A DNA stretch of 64,000 nt from an uncultured Rivularia sp. (GCA_963665115.1 OY762007.1:448001-512000), one strand, 5' to 3'. Counted from the stretch's first letter, positions 11,229-21,916 are shown. Made by a program: numbers and translations. Notes: a model not told the origin generated them from the letters alone.

Positions 11229-11463
11229 CCTCAATATCTTCCCATAATTGAGAAGCAGGAATAGTTTTTCCCGTCATTGCTTCATGCCAAGCTTGACGAA
11301 AATCTTCTAAAATTTCTTCTTTCGGTTTTTCATCCTCATCTTCTGCTTCTTCTGAAACTAAAACAATCACTTCAACACGACTATTTTTATTTAAATTTAA
11401 AGGTGTATCTAAAGCAAGTTGCCCTTCTTCGTCAATCGTTGCCATTACTTTGACTGCTTTCAT
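11221..11463 (-). CDS. Antitoxin partner of the RelE-family toxin
   Basis: 80 aa acidic ORF (FRQAWHEAMTGKTIPASQLWE) overlapping the toxin start. Confidence 0.75.
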   Translation of the reverse strand: MKAVKVMATIDEEGQLALDTPLNLNKNSRVEVIVLVSEEAEDEDEKPKEEILEDFRQAWHEAMTGKTIPASQLWEDIEDV

Positions 11464-11558
11464 AACTATTTCAAAACTTTTAGACTTTATTCGAGCGTAT
11501 AGCTTTACGATAACGTGAATTTAAAAATATATAACTCCTAGCTCCTAACTCTTAATCC

Positions 11559-12758
11559 CTAACTCTTAACTTCCAAACCCATATCTTTCAACCCTTTTCT
11601 TAACTGCTCTGCTGCAAAGTGGTTGTTTTGCTTTACGTGCAAATTAATTGCTTCTTTAAATGCTGTTAAACTATCTTCTACATAACCAGCTTTTAACAAT
11701 ACAACGCCCAAATTTTGATAAGCTTGAGCATATTCTGAATTCAAATCGATAGCTTTAACATAAGCGGCAATGGCTTCTTTAAATAAACCCATTGCTTTAT
11801 ATGTCATTCCTAAATTGTAATATCCGATAACGAAAGAAGGGTCGATTTTTATAATTGTTTCGTAAGCTTTTTTCGCACCGTTTAAATCTCCTTTCTCTTT
11901 GAGCAAATTACCGAGATTGTTATATGCTCCTAACTTGAGTATGGGATAAATCGGTAGTTTAATTGCTGCTTGATAATGTGCGATCGCCTGTTGATGATTT
12001 TTCAACCGACTGTAAGCGATGCCCAAATGATAATAAAGTTCGTACAATATCTCGTAATTTTCGCGACTTAAGGAAACTCCTTTCGATAATAACTGGATAC
12101 TTTGAGGAATTTTCCCTAAATCAATATACAATGCTCCCAATTTGCTGCAAACATAAGGATCTTCGGGATTATTGGCAAAAAACTCTTCCATTGCTGCTTG
12201 CGCTTTAACAAGTTTATTTTTGCGATTAATTTGGCTTTGCTGATAGCCTGAATGTAAAATCGCAATTCCTTGTATATAACCTATTTGCCAATGCGGTTCT
12301 TTCTGTAATATTTCTGATACACTATCATCAACTAAAGCATGATAGGGACGTGAAAATTTGATATCGGGGTGGTTGCGAAACAGCCGCGAAACCATAGAAT
12401 AAGGCGATTGTGCTGCACCAATTTCGTCGCGCACTAAATTTATCAGTAAGTACTCTTCTCTTTGTATTGCTTCTCGCAACTGGGGAATAATTTCTGGTGC
12501 TAAGGTTTCGTCGGCATCTAAAACTAAAATCCAATCGCCAGTTACATATTTTAAAGCTTCATTACGAGCGGCACTAAAATCATTACACCATTCAAAATGA
12601 TGTACTTTAGCACCATATCCTTGAGCAATTTTTACTGTTTTATCGGTTGAACCAGTATCTAATATTACTATCTCGTTGACAAACTTTTTGGCGCTACTCA
12701 AGCACTTTGATAACGTTGATTCTTCGTTTTTTACAATCGCGCACAGGCTGATTTTCAT
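11559..12758 (-). CDS. Glycosyltransferase family 2 with C-terminal TPR repeats
   Basis: ISLCAIVKNEE, DTGSTD, DFSAARN, LDADE motifs; TPR repeats after about residue 200. Confidence 0.92.
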   Translation of the reverse strand: MKISLCAIVKNEESTLSKCLSSAKKFVNEIVILDTGSTDKTVKIAQGYGAKVHHFEWCNDFSAARNEALKYVTGDWILVLDADETLAPEIIPQLREAIQREEYLLINLVRDEIGAAQSPYSMVSRLFRNHPDIKFSRPYHALVDDSVSEILQKEPHWQIGYIQGIAILHSGYQQSQINRKNKLVKAQAAMEEFFANNPEDPYVCSKLGALYIDLGKIPQSIQLLSKGVSLSRENYEILYELYYHLGIAYSRLKNHQQAIAHYQAAIKLPIYPILKLGAYNNLGNLLKEKGDLNGAKKAYETIIKIDPSFVIGYYNLGMTYKAMGLFKEAIAAYVKAIDLNSEYAQAYQNLGVVLLKAGYVEDSLTAFKEAINLHVKQNNHFAAEQLRKGLKDMGLEVKS

Positions 12759-12945
12759 AGTTAGTTGTTAATTGTTGGTTGTTAGTGATTAGTAGTTAGA
12801 AGTAAATGATAAAGGTAATTATGCTAAATGCACCATACATATTACTACTCCCTGTTCCCCGTTGCCTACAAATTATTTATAAACCAAAATTTTGTGCAAA
12901 AATATACATCTATCAATATAAATTTGAAAATGATTAGTTAATTGT

Positions 12946-14388
12946 ATGAATCTTATGAATCAAACATTAAGCGGACGTTATCAAATTGTTCAAGAATTAG
13001 GGAGAGGGGGTTTCGGCGTTACTTATATTGCTGAAGATTTACAACGTCCTGGAAATCCGAAATGTGTGGTTAAACTATTTAAACCTGCCGCAAAAGATCC
13101 TTACACTTTAAATGCGGGGAAAAATTTATTTGATAGAGAAGCCGAGGCTTTAGAAAAATTAGGAAATCATGACCAAATTCCCCGACTTTTAGCGCATTTT
13201 GAAGATAACCAAAAGTTTTATCTGGTGCAAGAACTTATTGAGGGGCACGATTTAAGTAAAGAATTACTACCAAATAAACAATTAAGCGAAGCCTTTGTAA
13301 TTCAGTTTTTGGAAGATATTTTAGAGGTTTTAGCTTTTGTACATCAGCAAGGAGCAATTCATCGCGATATCAAACCTTCTAATATTCGACGACGTAAATC
13401 GGATGGAAAATTGGTGCTAATTGACTTTGGTGCTGTTAAACAAGTCAGTACTCAAGTCGTGAATTCACAAGGGCAAACTAAGGTAACGATCGCCATCGGC
13501 TCTCCCGGATATATGCCCAGCGAACAATCTAGTGGTAAACCGCATTTTAGCAGCGATGTTTATGCCGTGGGAATAATTGCGATCGCAGCTTTGAGTGGAG
13601 TATTTCCGATAAGTACAGATCCTCAAACAGGAGAAATTGCTTGGCATCATTTAAGAACTGTAAATCCTAAATTAGCCAATCTTATAGATACGATGGTTCG
13701 TTATGATTTTCGTCAGCGTTATCCTACAGCCCAATTGGCATTGCAAGCTGTAAAAACATTGTCAACGTCTAGCCAACTACCCGATACTTTAGTTGGAAAT
13801 AAATCACAGGATACCGGGAAAACAAAGAAGATTTTAATTGCTTCTGGGATAGCAGGGATTATCGCTGCAAGTGCGGCTATTTTACCGTGGATAATTAATC
13901 CTAATAAAATTGAAGATTTTTCCAGTTACGAGCAATCTAGTTTGGGAATTACAGTCAAATATCCTCAGAGTTGGCAAAGGCAAGATATCGATAATATTTT
14001 TACACAAGAATTAGTGACATTTTTATCGCCTCAATCGAGCGATACAGATAATTTTAAAGAAAAAGTAATTTTAAGTATAAAAGACTATTCCGGAACTTTG
14101 AATCAATCAAAAGATGTTTTTACCCAAGACATAAATAAAACATTACCATCAGCGAAAATTATCAAAACTACTTCCACTACACTGGCATACAAACCTGCTT
14201 TTGAAATAGTTTATACATGGAAAGATGAAGAACAAGATTTAAATTTTAAAAACCTGCAAATTTGGACTTTGAAAGGTAATAAGGCATACATTCTTACCTA
14301 TACCGCGAAAGAAGAAGATTACGATAAGTTTATTCCCGTTGTGGAAAAAATGATTAAAACTTTTGAAATCGAAAATTTAAAAGACTAA
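12946..14388 (+). CDS. Ser/Thr protein kinase with TM helix and PsbP-like extracytoplasmic domain
   Basis: GRGGFG, HRDIKPSN, DFG; TM ILIASGIAGIIAASAAILPWII; C-terminal VKYPQSW...AYILTYTA...MIKTFEI PsbP-like pattern. Confidence 0.88.
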   Translation: MNLMNQTLSGRYQIVQELGRGGFGVTYIAEDLQRPGNPKCVVKLFKPAAKDPYTLNAGKNLFDREAEALEKLGNHDQIPRLLAHFEDNQKFYLVQELIEGHDLSKELLPNKQLSEAFVIQFLEDILEVLAFVHQQGAIHRDIKPSNIRRRKSDGKLVLIDFGAVKQVSTQVVNSQGQTKVTIAIGSPGYMPSEQSSGKPHFSSDVYAVGIIAIAALSGVFPISTDPQTGEIAWHHLRTVNPKLANLIDTMVRYDFRQRYPTAQLALQAVKTLSTSSQLPDTLVGNKSQDTGKTKKILIASGIAGIIAASAAILPWIINPNKIEDFSSYEQSSLGITVKYPQSWQRQDIDNIFTQELVTFLSPQSSDTDNFKEKVILSIKDYSGTLNQSKDVFTQDINKTLPSAKIIKTTSTTLAYKPAFEIVYTWKDEEQDLNFKNLQIWTLKGNKAYILTYTAKEEDYDKFIPVVEKMIKTFEIENLKD

Positions 14389-14852
14389 TGAGTAGATTGC
14401 AAATTCGTGAAGATGACCTGACGGGTAAAAAGATTGCTGAGTTTCTTCGGGAACACCTGGAAAATATGAATAAGATTACACCACCCGAAAGCGTTCATGC
14501 TCTTGATTTGGAAGCATTGCGATCGCCCAATATTACTTTTTGGACGGCTTGGGAAGGTTCGGAATTACTTGGATGCGGGGCATTGAAAGAACTAGATTCA
14601 AAAACTGGTGAAGTTAAATCAATGCGTACAGCTACAGATCACCGTCGTAAGGGTGTTGCTTCAAAAATTCTCGAACGCATTATCGAGGAAGCCCAACAAC
14701 GTGCTTATGAACGCTTGAATTTGGAAACTGGGTCTTTTCCTGAGTTCGCACCAGCACGAGCTTTGTACGCACGATACGGGTTTGAGTACCGAGGTCCCTT
14801 TGCTGAATATATTGACGACCCGAATAGCGTATTTATGACGAAAAAGTTTTAG
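14388..14852 (+). CDS. GNAT family N-acetyltransferase (YedL-like)
   Basis: PPESVHALD, GEVKSMRT, RRKGVA acetyl-CoA motif, LETGS, YGFEYRGPF. Confidence 0.9.
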   Translation: MSRLQIREDDLTGKKIAEFLREHLENMNKITPPESVHALDLEALRSPNITFWTAWEGSELLGCGALKELDSKTGEVKSMRTATDHRRKGVASKILERIIEEAQQRAYERLNLETGSFPEFAPARALYARYGFEYRGPFAEYIDDPNSVFMTKKF

Positions 14853-15154
14853 AATCTACTGTTCGGAATACCCATAACTTCCTTCCTGATTGAGAAAATT
14901 GTGTTTGTACTACAACTCTAATACAAGCCAAAATCATGATGCAAACAAACATTAACCAATTTATTACACCTACGACTGCTGTAGCATCTGTGGAAATTCG
15001 TCTAACAAACCAGGTATCCGTCAAGCTATCTAGAAATAAAGGAAATGCTCTTCGTTGCGATCGCACGATAGTCAATCGCTCTTTTTCCTTGGGAACTTAC
15101 TTTTAAAGCAGGTAAACATAGTTCGGATTAAATGCCATAGCAAACGTTCCGCAA

Positions 15155-15811
15155 TTAGGATTGCCAAACTAGACGATCGAGCATTTCTTTCCAGCAATCG
15201 TAATCACAGATATAATCAAAACCGCATACTGTTTTAATAGAGGTTGAGCGTTCGTTGAGTAGTTGATGAATCTGCTTACCTACCTGTGGAGTTTTAAGGC
15301 GATTGCCGTAATTATTCCAAATCAATTGGTTCTCCACTAGCCCAACGTAATCGCAAATGAACAGAATATCTTCAAAGAAGTATAGTGTGAATCCTGGGGT
15401 ATGTCCTCCCACAACTACCGCTTCAATTCCAGAAAGTTTAAAATCAGTTTCAAATAAACGATCGAAGGGAAAAAACCGACTGTTTGGATGAGCTGCATCA
15501 CTCTTATGAATCCAAACCTTAGCATCAAACTGCTGACGGTATAAGTTGGATGCACCTAAAAAATCACTATGAGTAAATAAAATATAGTCCATCGGTGCGA
15601 CACCCAAATCAAATGATGATGGACAATCAATCCAAATTACAGCATCGCTAGTGTTAACTTGGTAAGCTGCGTGTTCAATACCTAATTGTGGAACCGATCG
15701 TAACTGAGTGACGCAATCGCTAACGGGAATACTTTTAACTTGATAGATTGCCGAACATTCTTGGGCAGTTAAAAAGCGATCTGGTGTATTCAATTCAAGT
15801 TTAAAGGTCAA
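15155..15811 (-). CDS. MBL-fold metallo-hydrolase (start uncertain)
   Basis: FTHSDF, WIHKSD, GGHTPG, FICD motifs; only a TTG start is available. Confidence 0.7.
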   Translation of the reverse strand: MTFKLELNTPDRFLTAQECSAIYQVKSIPVSDCVTQLRSVPQLGIEHAAYQVNTSDAVIWIDCPSSFDLGVAPMDYILFTHSDFLGASNLYRQQFDAKVWIHKSDAAHPNSRFFPFDRLFETDFKLSGIEAVVVGGHTPGFTLYFFEDILFICDYVGLVENQLIWNNYGNRLKTPQVGKQIHQLLNERSTSIKTVCGFDYICDYDCWKEMLDRLVWQS

Positions 15812-15822
15812 AATTTAATAAC

Positions 15823-15915
15823 TTCAGGACTTATGTAAAGCTCCCCTTTTAAGAAGGCTTGAGGATTTTAAGAGGTGGAATACTTAACTTCTCTTGCGGT
15901 TGCGTAAGTCCTGAA
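15823..15915. mobile_element. Putative MITE with CAGGACTTACGCA-type terminal inverted repeats
   Basis: Left TTCAGGACTTATGTA versus right TGCGTAAGTCCTGAA: 13 of 15 positions match as an inverted repeat around a non-coding interior of about 63 bp. Confidence 0.55.
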
Positions 15916-15944
15916 TTCCTAACTCCTAACTCCCAATCCCTAAA

Positions 15945-15982
15945 TAAAAAGAAACCCGGTTTCTTTAAGAAACCGGGTTTTT
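15945..15982. terminator. Hairpin downstream of gnd (probable intrinsic terminator or palindromic repeat)
   Basis: AAACCCGGTTTCTT-T-AAGAAACCGGGTTT flanked by A and T tracts. Confidence 0.7.
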
Positions 15983-16014
15983 GATATCAAAGGTGAATCG
16001 GTACTAATTAATAA

Positions 16015-17472
16015 TTAGTCCATTTTCACTACTGATTCATTGCTGACGGTAGCTTCGTCAATTGGTGTCCATGCAGTATGGAAACTTCCTTCTTTGTCGG
16101 TACGCAGGTAAGTATGTGCGCCGAAGTAGTCGCGTTGTGCCTGGGTGAGGTTTTGAGGCAAACGTTCGCGACGGTAGCTGTCGAAGTAATCTAAGGATGC
16201 GCTAAATGCGGGAACGGCGATTCCTAATTTAGCTGCGGTAATAATTACTTCGCGCCAAGCATCTTGTCTATCAAGAATGGTTTGCTTGAATTCGGGGGCT
16301 AGTAGCAAGTTGGGGAGTGAAGGATTCTGATCGAATGCTTTCTTGATTTTGTTCAAGAATCTAGCACGAATGATACAACCACCTTTCCAAATTCGTGCCA
16401 TTTCACCAAGATCCAAGTTGTAGTTAAACTCATTGGAAGCTTTGTACAGCAGCGCCATACCTTGAGCGTAGGAGCAGATTTTGGAACAGTAGAGAGCATC
16501 GCGCACCATGTTGATAAATTTCTTGGTGTCGCCTTCGTACTTACCGCTAGGGCCAGAAATTTCCTTGGATGCTGCTACTCTTTCCTGTTTGTAGGATGAC
16601 ATAATTCGAGCATTTACTGCTGCACCAATGGTAGGAATTGGCACGCCCAAATTAAGTGCATCTACTGCCGTCCAGCGTCCGGTACCTTTTTGTCCGGCTG
16701 CGTCAACGATTAAATCTACTAGAGGTATACCAGTTTCTTCATCAACATAAGGGAAAATCTTGCTAGTAATTTCAATCAAGAATGAATCTAATTCCTCAGT
16801 GGTATTCCACTCAGTGAATACTTCATGTAATTGATTGTGGTCTAAACCAGCTGCATTTTTCAATAAATCGTAGGCTTCTGCAATTAACTGCATATCGCCA
16901 TACTCGATACCGTTGTGAACCATTTTCACATAATGTCCGGCACCGCCAGGGCCGCAATAGGCAACACAAGGGCCATCGTCAACCTGAGCCGCAATTTTAG
17001 TGAAGATAGGCGACAGGTACTCATAAGAACTTTCGGTACCTCCAGGCATCAAAGAGGGACCGTTGAGCGCTCCTTCTTCACCACCACTTACACCCATGCC
17101 GATGAAGCGAAAACCTTTGGGTTCTAATTCGCGGGTGCGTCGTTCGGTGTCTTCGTACAGCGAGTTACCACCGTCGATGATGATGTCACCTTCATCTAAT
17201 AAAGGTGTGAGTTGTTCAATTACCTTATCAACTGGTCCACCAGCTTTTACCATCACCAAAATTTTGCGGGGACGTTCGAGCAAACCCACAAATTCTTCCA
17301 AGGTGTACCCTGCTTTCACATTTCTACCTTGGGCGCGTTGTTCCATAAACGCATCAGTTTTTTCACGCGAGCGGTTATAAACTGCGATCGGGAAGCCGTT
17401 ACGCTCTACATTCAGAGCGATATTTTCTCCCATAACAGCTAATCCAATCACACCAAAGCTTTGTAATGTCAT
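16015..17472 (-). CDS. gnd: 6-phosphogluconate dehydrogenase, NADP-dependent decarboxylating
   Basis: GVIGLAVMG, VSGGEEGA, KMVHNGIEYGDMQ, QKGTGRWT, QAQRDYFGAHTY. Confidence 0.98.
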   Translation of the reverse strand: MTLQSFGVIGLAVMGENIALNVERNGFPIAVYNRSREKTDAFMEQRAQGRNVKAGYTLEEFVGLLERPRKILVMVKAGGPVDKVIEQLTPLLDEGDIIIDGGNSLYEDTERRTRELEPKGFRFIGMGVSGGEEGALNGPSLMPGGTESSYEYLSPIFTKIAAQVDDGPCVAYCGPGGAGHYVKMVHNGIEYGDMQLIAEAYDLLKNAAGLDHNQLHEVFTEWNTTEELDSFLIEITSKIFPYVDEETGIPLVDLIVDAAGQKGTGRWTAVDALNLGVPIPTIGAAVNARIMSSYKQERVAASKEISGPSGKYEGDTKKFINMVRDALYCSKICSYAQGMALLYKASNEFNYNLDLGEMARIWKGGCIIRARFLNKIKKAFDQNPSLPNLLLAPEFKQTILDRQDAWREVIITAAKLGIAVPAFSASLDYFDSYRRERLPQNLTQAQRDYFGAHTYLRTDKEGSFHTAWTPIDEATVSNESVVKMD

Positions 17473-17677
17473 AAATTTTTTCTGGCTAACTCTTCCAAAT
17501 CCTTTCTTTTATCTCTTAGGGTAGTCCGAGATTTTCAGATCGCTTATAAAGAAGACATTAAGACTTTATTTAGATAGTAAAAATGCATTATGGATACACA
17601 TAATTATTTTTAATTTGTATATCAATCAACAATTTGTCTCTAAAATTCGCTAAATTGTAATATTTACTATAAATTAT

Positions 17678-17960
17678 TGGGCAATGGGGATGGGGCCGCA
17701 GGGGATGGGGGGACAAGGGGAAAGGGGGATAAGGAGAGAGGGGGAAGATAGGTAGTGCGAGCATCTTGCTCGCTATATATGTATGGACCAGCGAGCAAGA
17801 TGCTCGCACTACAATTACCCATTACCAATTACCAATCCCCTATTCCCTATTCCCAATCCCCAGCGAGCAAGATGCTCGCACTACAATTACCCATTACCCA
17901 TTACCAATTACCAATCCCCAATCCCCCTATTCCCAATCTAAAATCCAAAATCCAAAATTC
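17678..17960. repeat. STRR heptamer tracts with three copies of a GTAG-type palindromic REP
   Basis: GTAGTGCGAGCATCTTGCTCGCT at 17752-17774 and its reverse complement at 17790-17812 and 17862-17884; CCAATTA, CCCCAAT and AAAATCC heptamers. Confidence 0.85.
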
Positions 17961-17962
17961 TT

Positions 17963-18757
17963 ATGACACACATCTTGGCTTTGATTGTCGGTTTGGGCAG
18001 TTTGGCGATTTATTTGGCGGCTTTCTTTTTTCCTGAAGTTCACCGCAAAAATGATTTTTATTTGAGTGGGGTAGGTTTGTTTTATGCCCTTGTATTGTGG
18101 GTGTTTGCGCCGCGTATCGGTGGCTGGTTTTTTCTAGGTCAATTGGCTGCGGTTGGCTTGTTATTTTGGTTCGGGTTGCAAATGTTTTCGTTGCGTCGTC
18201 AAGTTACTCCGGCGATGCAACAAACCCCGGTACCTAATGTTGAAGCGGTGAAAGGTAATATTAACGAACCCGCTGCAAAATCGCTGCAACAACGTGCGGG
18301 AGGATTATTTAAGTCTGTCAGCGGTATTTTACCTGGTAAAAAAGAAAAAGTTTCTCAAACCCCTACCGCAACACAACCCGTATCTACACCTTCTACTGTT
18401 GAAGATACTTCTGCTGCGACAATAGGCAAAACTTTAACTGATGCGATTGATGAGGAGACTGAAGTTAAAACTCCAGTATCTGATGCTTCTGTAACTATCG
18501 TTGATAATACAGGTGCCGCAACTACAACTGAAACTGCTTCTGAAGCAACTTCAACAGATGCCGCAACGACAACTGAAATCCCAGAAGCTATTGCACCTGA
18601 CTCCCCACCCCAAGAAGTAGTAGAAGCTTCTGAAAATGCTGATGCAGAAGAAAAAACCATACCTCCTGTAGAAGAAATTGCTCCTGATGCCGTACTTGCT
18701 CCCCCGGCAGAAGCATCACCAGAAAAAACTCCACCCACCGATTTACCTCAAACATGA
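17963..18757 (+). CDS. ycf66: Ycf66-family membrane protein with low-complexity T/E/A/P tail
   Basis: FFFPEVHRKNDFYLSGVGLFYALVLW...LGQ N-terminal TM domain typical of the Ycf66 family. Confidence 0.8.
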   Translation: MTHILALIVGLGSLAIYLAAFFFPEVHRKNDFYLSGVGLFYALVLWVFAPRIGGWFFLGQLAAVGLLFWFGLQMFSLRRQVTPAMQQTPVPNVEAVKGNINEPAAKSLQQRAGGLFKSVSGILPGKKEKVSQTPTATQPVSTPSTVEDTSAATIGKTLTDAIDEETEVKTPVSDASVTIVDNTGAATTTETASEATSTDAATTTEIPEAIAPDSPPQEVVEASENADAEEKTIPPVEEIAPDAVLAPPAEASPEKTPPTDLPQT

Positions 18758-18802
18758 GTAAATAAAGAAAATTACTTATTGTTGTCAAATCAATATATAA
18801 GT

Positions 18803-18852
18803 AAATGTAAATCCCCTCCAGATATTTTCTCCGGAGGGGATTTACATTTTTT
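18803..18852. terminator. Bidirectional terminator between convergent ycf66 and ferredoxin genes
   Basis: AAATGTAAATCCCCTCC...GGAGGGGATTTACATTT followed by a T tract. Confidence 0.75.
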
Positions 18853-19009
18853 ATAGGGAATTGGGAGTTAGGAGTTAGGAGGAGTAAGTAGTGAGTAGTG
18901 AGTTAAATAATTCCGTCTAGGATTATTGTCACAGGGCTGCTCAACTATTTATTATTTCTTACTTTTTACTCACTACTCTTTACTCACTACTTTAAGAATC
19001 TCCCCATCC

Positions 19010-19237
19010 CTACTGCGGTGTTTTCTGCAACTCTGGCTGTTCTTCTGGAAGAATCGCCCCTTCTACGGGACATACCTGTATACAAATGCCGCAGTCGATA
19101 CAGGTAGCGAAGTCAATCCAAAACCAATCGGTGCCTTTGACGTTTTTTCCTGGCCCCGGATGAATGCAAGCTACTGGGCAAGCATCTACGCAATCGGCAA
19201 TTCCTTCACAAACATCAGTAACAATCGTGTGTGCCAT
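19010..19237 (-). CDS. Bacterial-type dicluster ferredoxin (4Fe-4S/3Fe-4S)
   Basis: CEGIADCVDACPVAC and CIDCGICIQVCP cysteine motifs. Confidence 0.93.
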   Translation of the reverse strand: MAHTIVTDVCEGIADCVDACPVACIHPGPGKNVKGTDWFWIDFATCIDCGICIQVCPVEGAILPEEQPELQKTPQ

Positions 19238-19321
19238 GTTTCCCCTCTATGCATCAGTTATCAATTATTAATTATCAATGTAATTGTTCATTGATAATTG
19301 ATAATTGTTCATTGCTAACTG

Positions 19322-20536
19322 CTAACTGCTAACTGATTCAACTGTTTTTGAACCGTCGGCTTTTATCCAGGCAATTTGAGCAATTTCTCGATCGCTTGCG
19401 TATTTTTGAATTGCTTGTTTATCTCTTCCGCTCAATTCCATTTCGACTTTTACTAAATGAGTTGAGGAACGCAGTTTTTCGGCGTAGGTGAAAGCGGCGG
19501 CGATCGCACTGCTATTTTCTGGTACTACTAACCAGTCACTGGCTAATTTTGGCTGCGGTAATTGCCCAGAAGTTGATAGTACGTGGTATAAATCTTCAAT
19601 AAATAATGCGAAACCAGTACCGGGTATGTCTTTACTTTGGGGATGATATAGCCCTAAAAGTTTATCGTAACGTCCGCCGCGTCCTATGACTCTTGCTTGG
19701 TTATCGATGTCGCTAACTACTTCAAATACAAATCCGGTGTAGTAGTCAAAGGTTTGAATTAAGCTGAGATCGAGTATTAAGGAGCAATTCCCTTGGGATT
19801 CTATCAACTCAACCAAAGCTTTAAGATTGTTAACTGCTTCTTGCTGCCCGGTGTCGAGATTTAAAGTTCCGATCTTTTGCAAAACGTCGGCACTTTTCCC
19901 GCGCAAATCTAACATGACTTTAGCGCGATCGCGATGTTCTTCGCTTAGAGGTAAGGTGTCTATCGTGACTCTATCCAAGTGAACGATGGCGCTGCGAATT
20001 TTACTTTGTAAGTCAGCGGGGAAGGCTTTGAGTAAAGATTGAGTAATTTCGGCTTCCCCAACAATTAAATGCCAATCCTGTAGCTGTAGTGCTTGCAAAC
20101 AAGCGGCTACTAGTAGCAATACTTCTGCATCTGCAACTAAGCCACCACCGCCTAACAACTCAACTCCAGCTTGATAAAATTCTTGCTGGCTATTGTGTTT
20201 AGATTCTGGTGTTCTTCCGAAAACGTTGGCATTGTAATAAAGCCGTTGCGGGTAATTAGCGCCAGCCATGCGCGTTACGGCAGCACGGGCTATGGAAGCC
20301 GTTAATTCTGGCCGCAATCCCAATTCTTCATCTTGGATATTTTGCAGTTGAATCACCGTTGAGCGCTCAATTGCACCTCTTGCCATCAGCGTGTCAATAC
20401 GTTCCAAGGTTGAGGTGATAATCCTGTGATAACCCCAACCTTGAAATACTTGTTCTAATCTGTCTTCAATCCAGCGCTTTTGAGCTACATCTAAGGGTAA
20501 TAAATCCCTGGCTCCCACCGGAGGTTGATACACCAT
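19322..20536 (-). CDS. hisZ: ATP phosphoribosyltransferase regulatory subunit
   Basis: HisRS-like fold: PPVGARDLLP, LRPELTASIAR, EFYQAGVELLG, DYYTG, GGRYD. Confidence 0.92.
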   Translation of the reverse strand: MVYQPPVGARDLLPLDVAQKRWIEDRLEQVFQGWGYHRIITSTLERIDTLMARGAIERSTVIQLQNIQDEELGLRPELTASIARAAVTRMAGANYPQRLYYNANVFGRTPESKHNSQQEFYQAGVELLGGGGLVADAEVLLLVAACLQALQLQDWHLIVGEAEITQSLLKAFPADLQSKIRSAIVHLDRVTIDTLPLSEEHRDRAKVMLDLRGKSADVLQKIGTLNLDTGQQEAVNNLKALVELIESQGNCSLILDLSLIQTFDYYTGFVFEVVSDIDNQARVIGRGGRYDKLLGLYHPQSKDIPGTGFALFIEDLYHVLSTSGQLPQPKLASDWLVVPENSSAIAAAFTYAEKLRSSTHLVKVEMELSGRDKQAIQKYASDREIAQIAWIKADGSKTVESVSS

Positions 20537-21492
20537 TATTTTTTCTTTCCACCAAACAATCCACCAAATAAACCGCTACTTTCAGACTTTGAAGATTTAC
20601 TCGCAGCAGCACTCACAGTACTCTTTTTACCAGCATCGGGTGAACTTTTCTTCAAAAACTTATCAATTTTAGTTTTCCCTTCCAAGGCAGTTGCATCTTT
20701 AGGATCTAATTGCAAAGCGCGATCGAAGTGAATTTTTGCCATTTTTACTTGATTTTGCTTCAAATAGACTACTCCAATCAAGCTGTGACACTGATTGCTA
20801 TTTGGCTTCATCTTTAAAGCATCTTTTAATTCAACCTGTGCTTGTGATAATTGATTCTTTACAATTAATTCTTGGGCACGACGCATATACCCAGCAAAAA
20901 CTGGATCTTCCTTGGGTTGGGCTGGTGCTGAATTATTTCCCGCAGCAGTATTAGTCTTAGAATTAGGGGCACCAGCAGACACGGTGGATGAAGACGAGCC
21001 AGATTTTAAAGATTTTCCCGCACTCCGCATCAAATAAACTAAATTTAACTCGCTGATCTGAGAAATCGCTTCTACAGCTTGCGCCAAAGAATTGTATTGA
21101 ATTTTAGCTACTTGGGATATAGCATTTTTATAAGCACTTTCAAAATTAGGCGTACTTGCTAACTGTCTGGCATTATCGGTAGTTAATTCCACAGAAGCAG
21201 AATCTTGAGCCAAACGCTTCGCTATTTGGATTAAAACGGCGTTATGTTCTGCATGATTCTTCTCGTGATGAAGATGTTCGTAAGCTGGATTAACCAATTT
21301 TGATAATAGTTCGCTCGCTAGGCGTTTTTCCTCATCGTTAGCTTTAGCACAGCTATCGGGATGCAAGCGACGGGCAATTTTCAGATAGCGTTTGCGAATT
21401 TCCGAAGCATCTGCATCCACTCGCACGCACAAAATTGCGTGATAATCTATAAAATCATACTTAAATAAGCCGCGTTCTATTTGAAAAGACAT
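20536..21492 (-). CDS. J-domain (DnaJ-like) protein with C-terminal TPR
   Basis: DYHAIL...IRKRYLKIARRLHPD (HPD motif); TPR motifs near the C-terminus. Confidence 0.9.
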   Translation of the reverse strand: MSFQIERGLFKYDFIDYHAILCVRVDADASEIRKRYLKIARRLHPDSCAKANDEEKRLASELLSKLVNPAYEHLHHEKNHAEHNAVLIQIAKRLAQDSASVELTTDNARQLASTPNFESAYKNAISQVAKIQYNSLAQAVEAISQISELNLVYLMRSAGKSLKSGSSSSTVSAGAPNSKTNTAAGNNSAPAQPKEDPVFAGYMRRAQELIVKNQLSQAQVELKDALKMKPNSNQCHSLIGVVYLKQNQVKMAKIHFDRALQLDPKDATALEGKTKIDKFLKKSSPDAGKKSTVSAAASKSSKSESSGLFGGLFGGKKK

Positions 21493-21916
21493 AGAGGTAT
21501 TTTATACTAAAGCGAACATTAATCTTACTAGTTTACTTCTATCCCTTGGGTGTTTGTCAGTAGTTGATTGTCCGTAAATTTCAAATTAATTACCAGTATC
21601 AGTTACTAGTTAATAATCGCAGTCCGAATCGTGTTTGATATTTATAGCTGTTTTCAGCAGTGAAATTTAGGGAAATATAGCAGTATTTATCAAATTAAAT
21701 AGGTCTTTGTTTCAGTGATTACTCTGGCTAATTTGATTCTTATGGCGTTTATTGATACTAAATTGTAAATGTTGTTCTAGTTAAATTTATTGAATCTTCC
21801 ATTTGAGCAAGGAAAACTAATTTGAAATAAACTTATAGATTTTTTCATGAAATATTTATAAAGTGAGGGTTTTTCTATTTTTTGCCTGCGTAATTTACGC
21901 AGTAATAAAAATATTA

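Noticed and set aside
14833..15075. 80-aa minus-strand ORF
   Set aside because: TTG start, overlaps the GNAT gene end and has no recognisable motif.
17752..17884. Three 23-bp repeats as a mini CRISPR array
   Set aside because: One copy is inverted, the spacer is STRR heptamer sequence, and there are no cas genes; these are REP elements.
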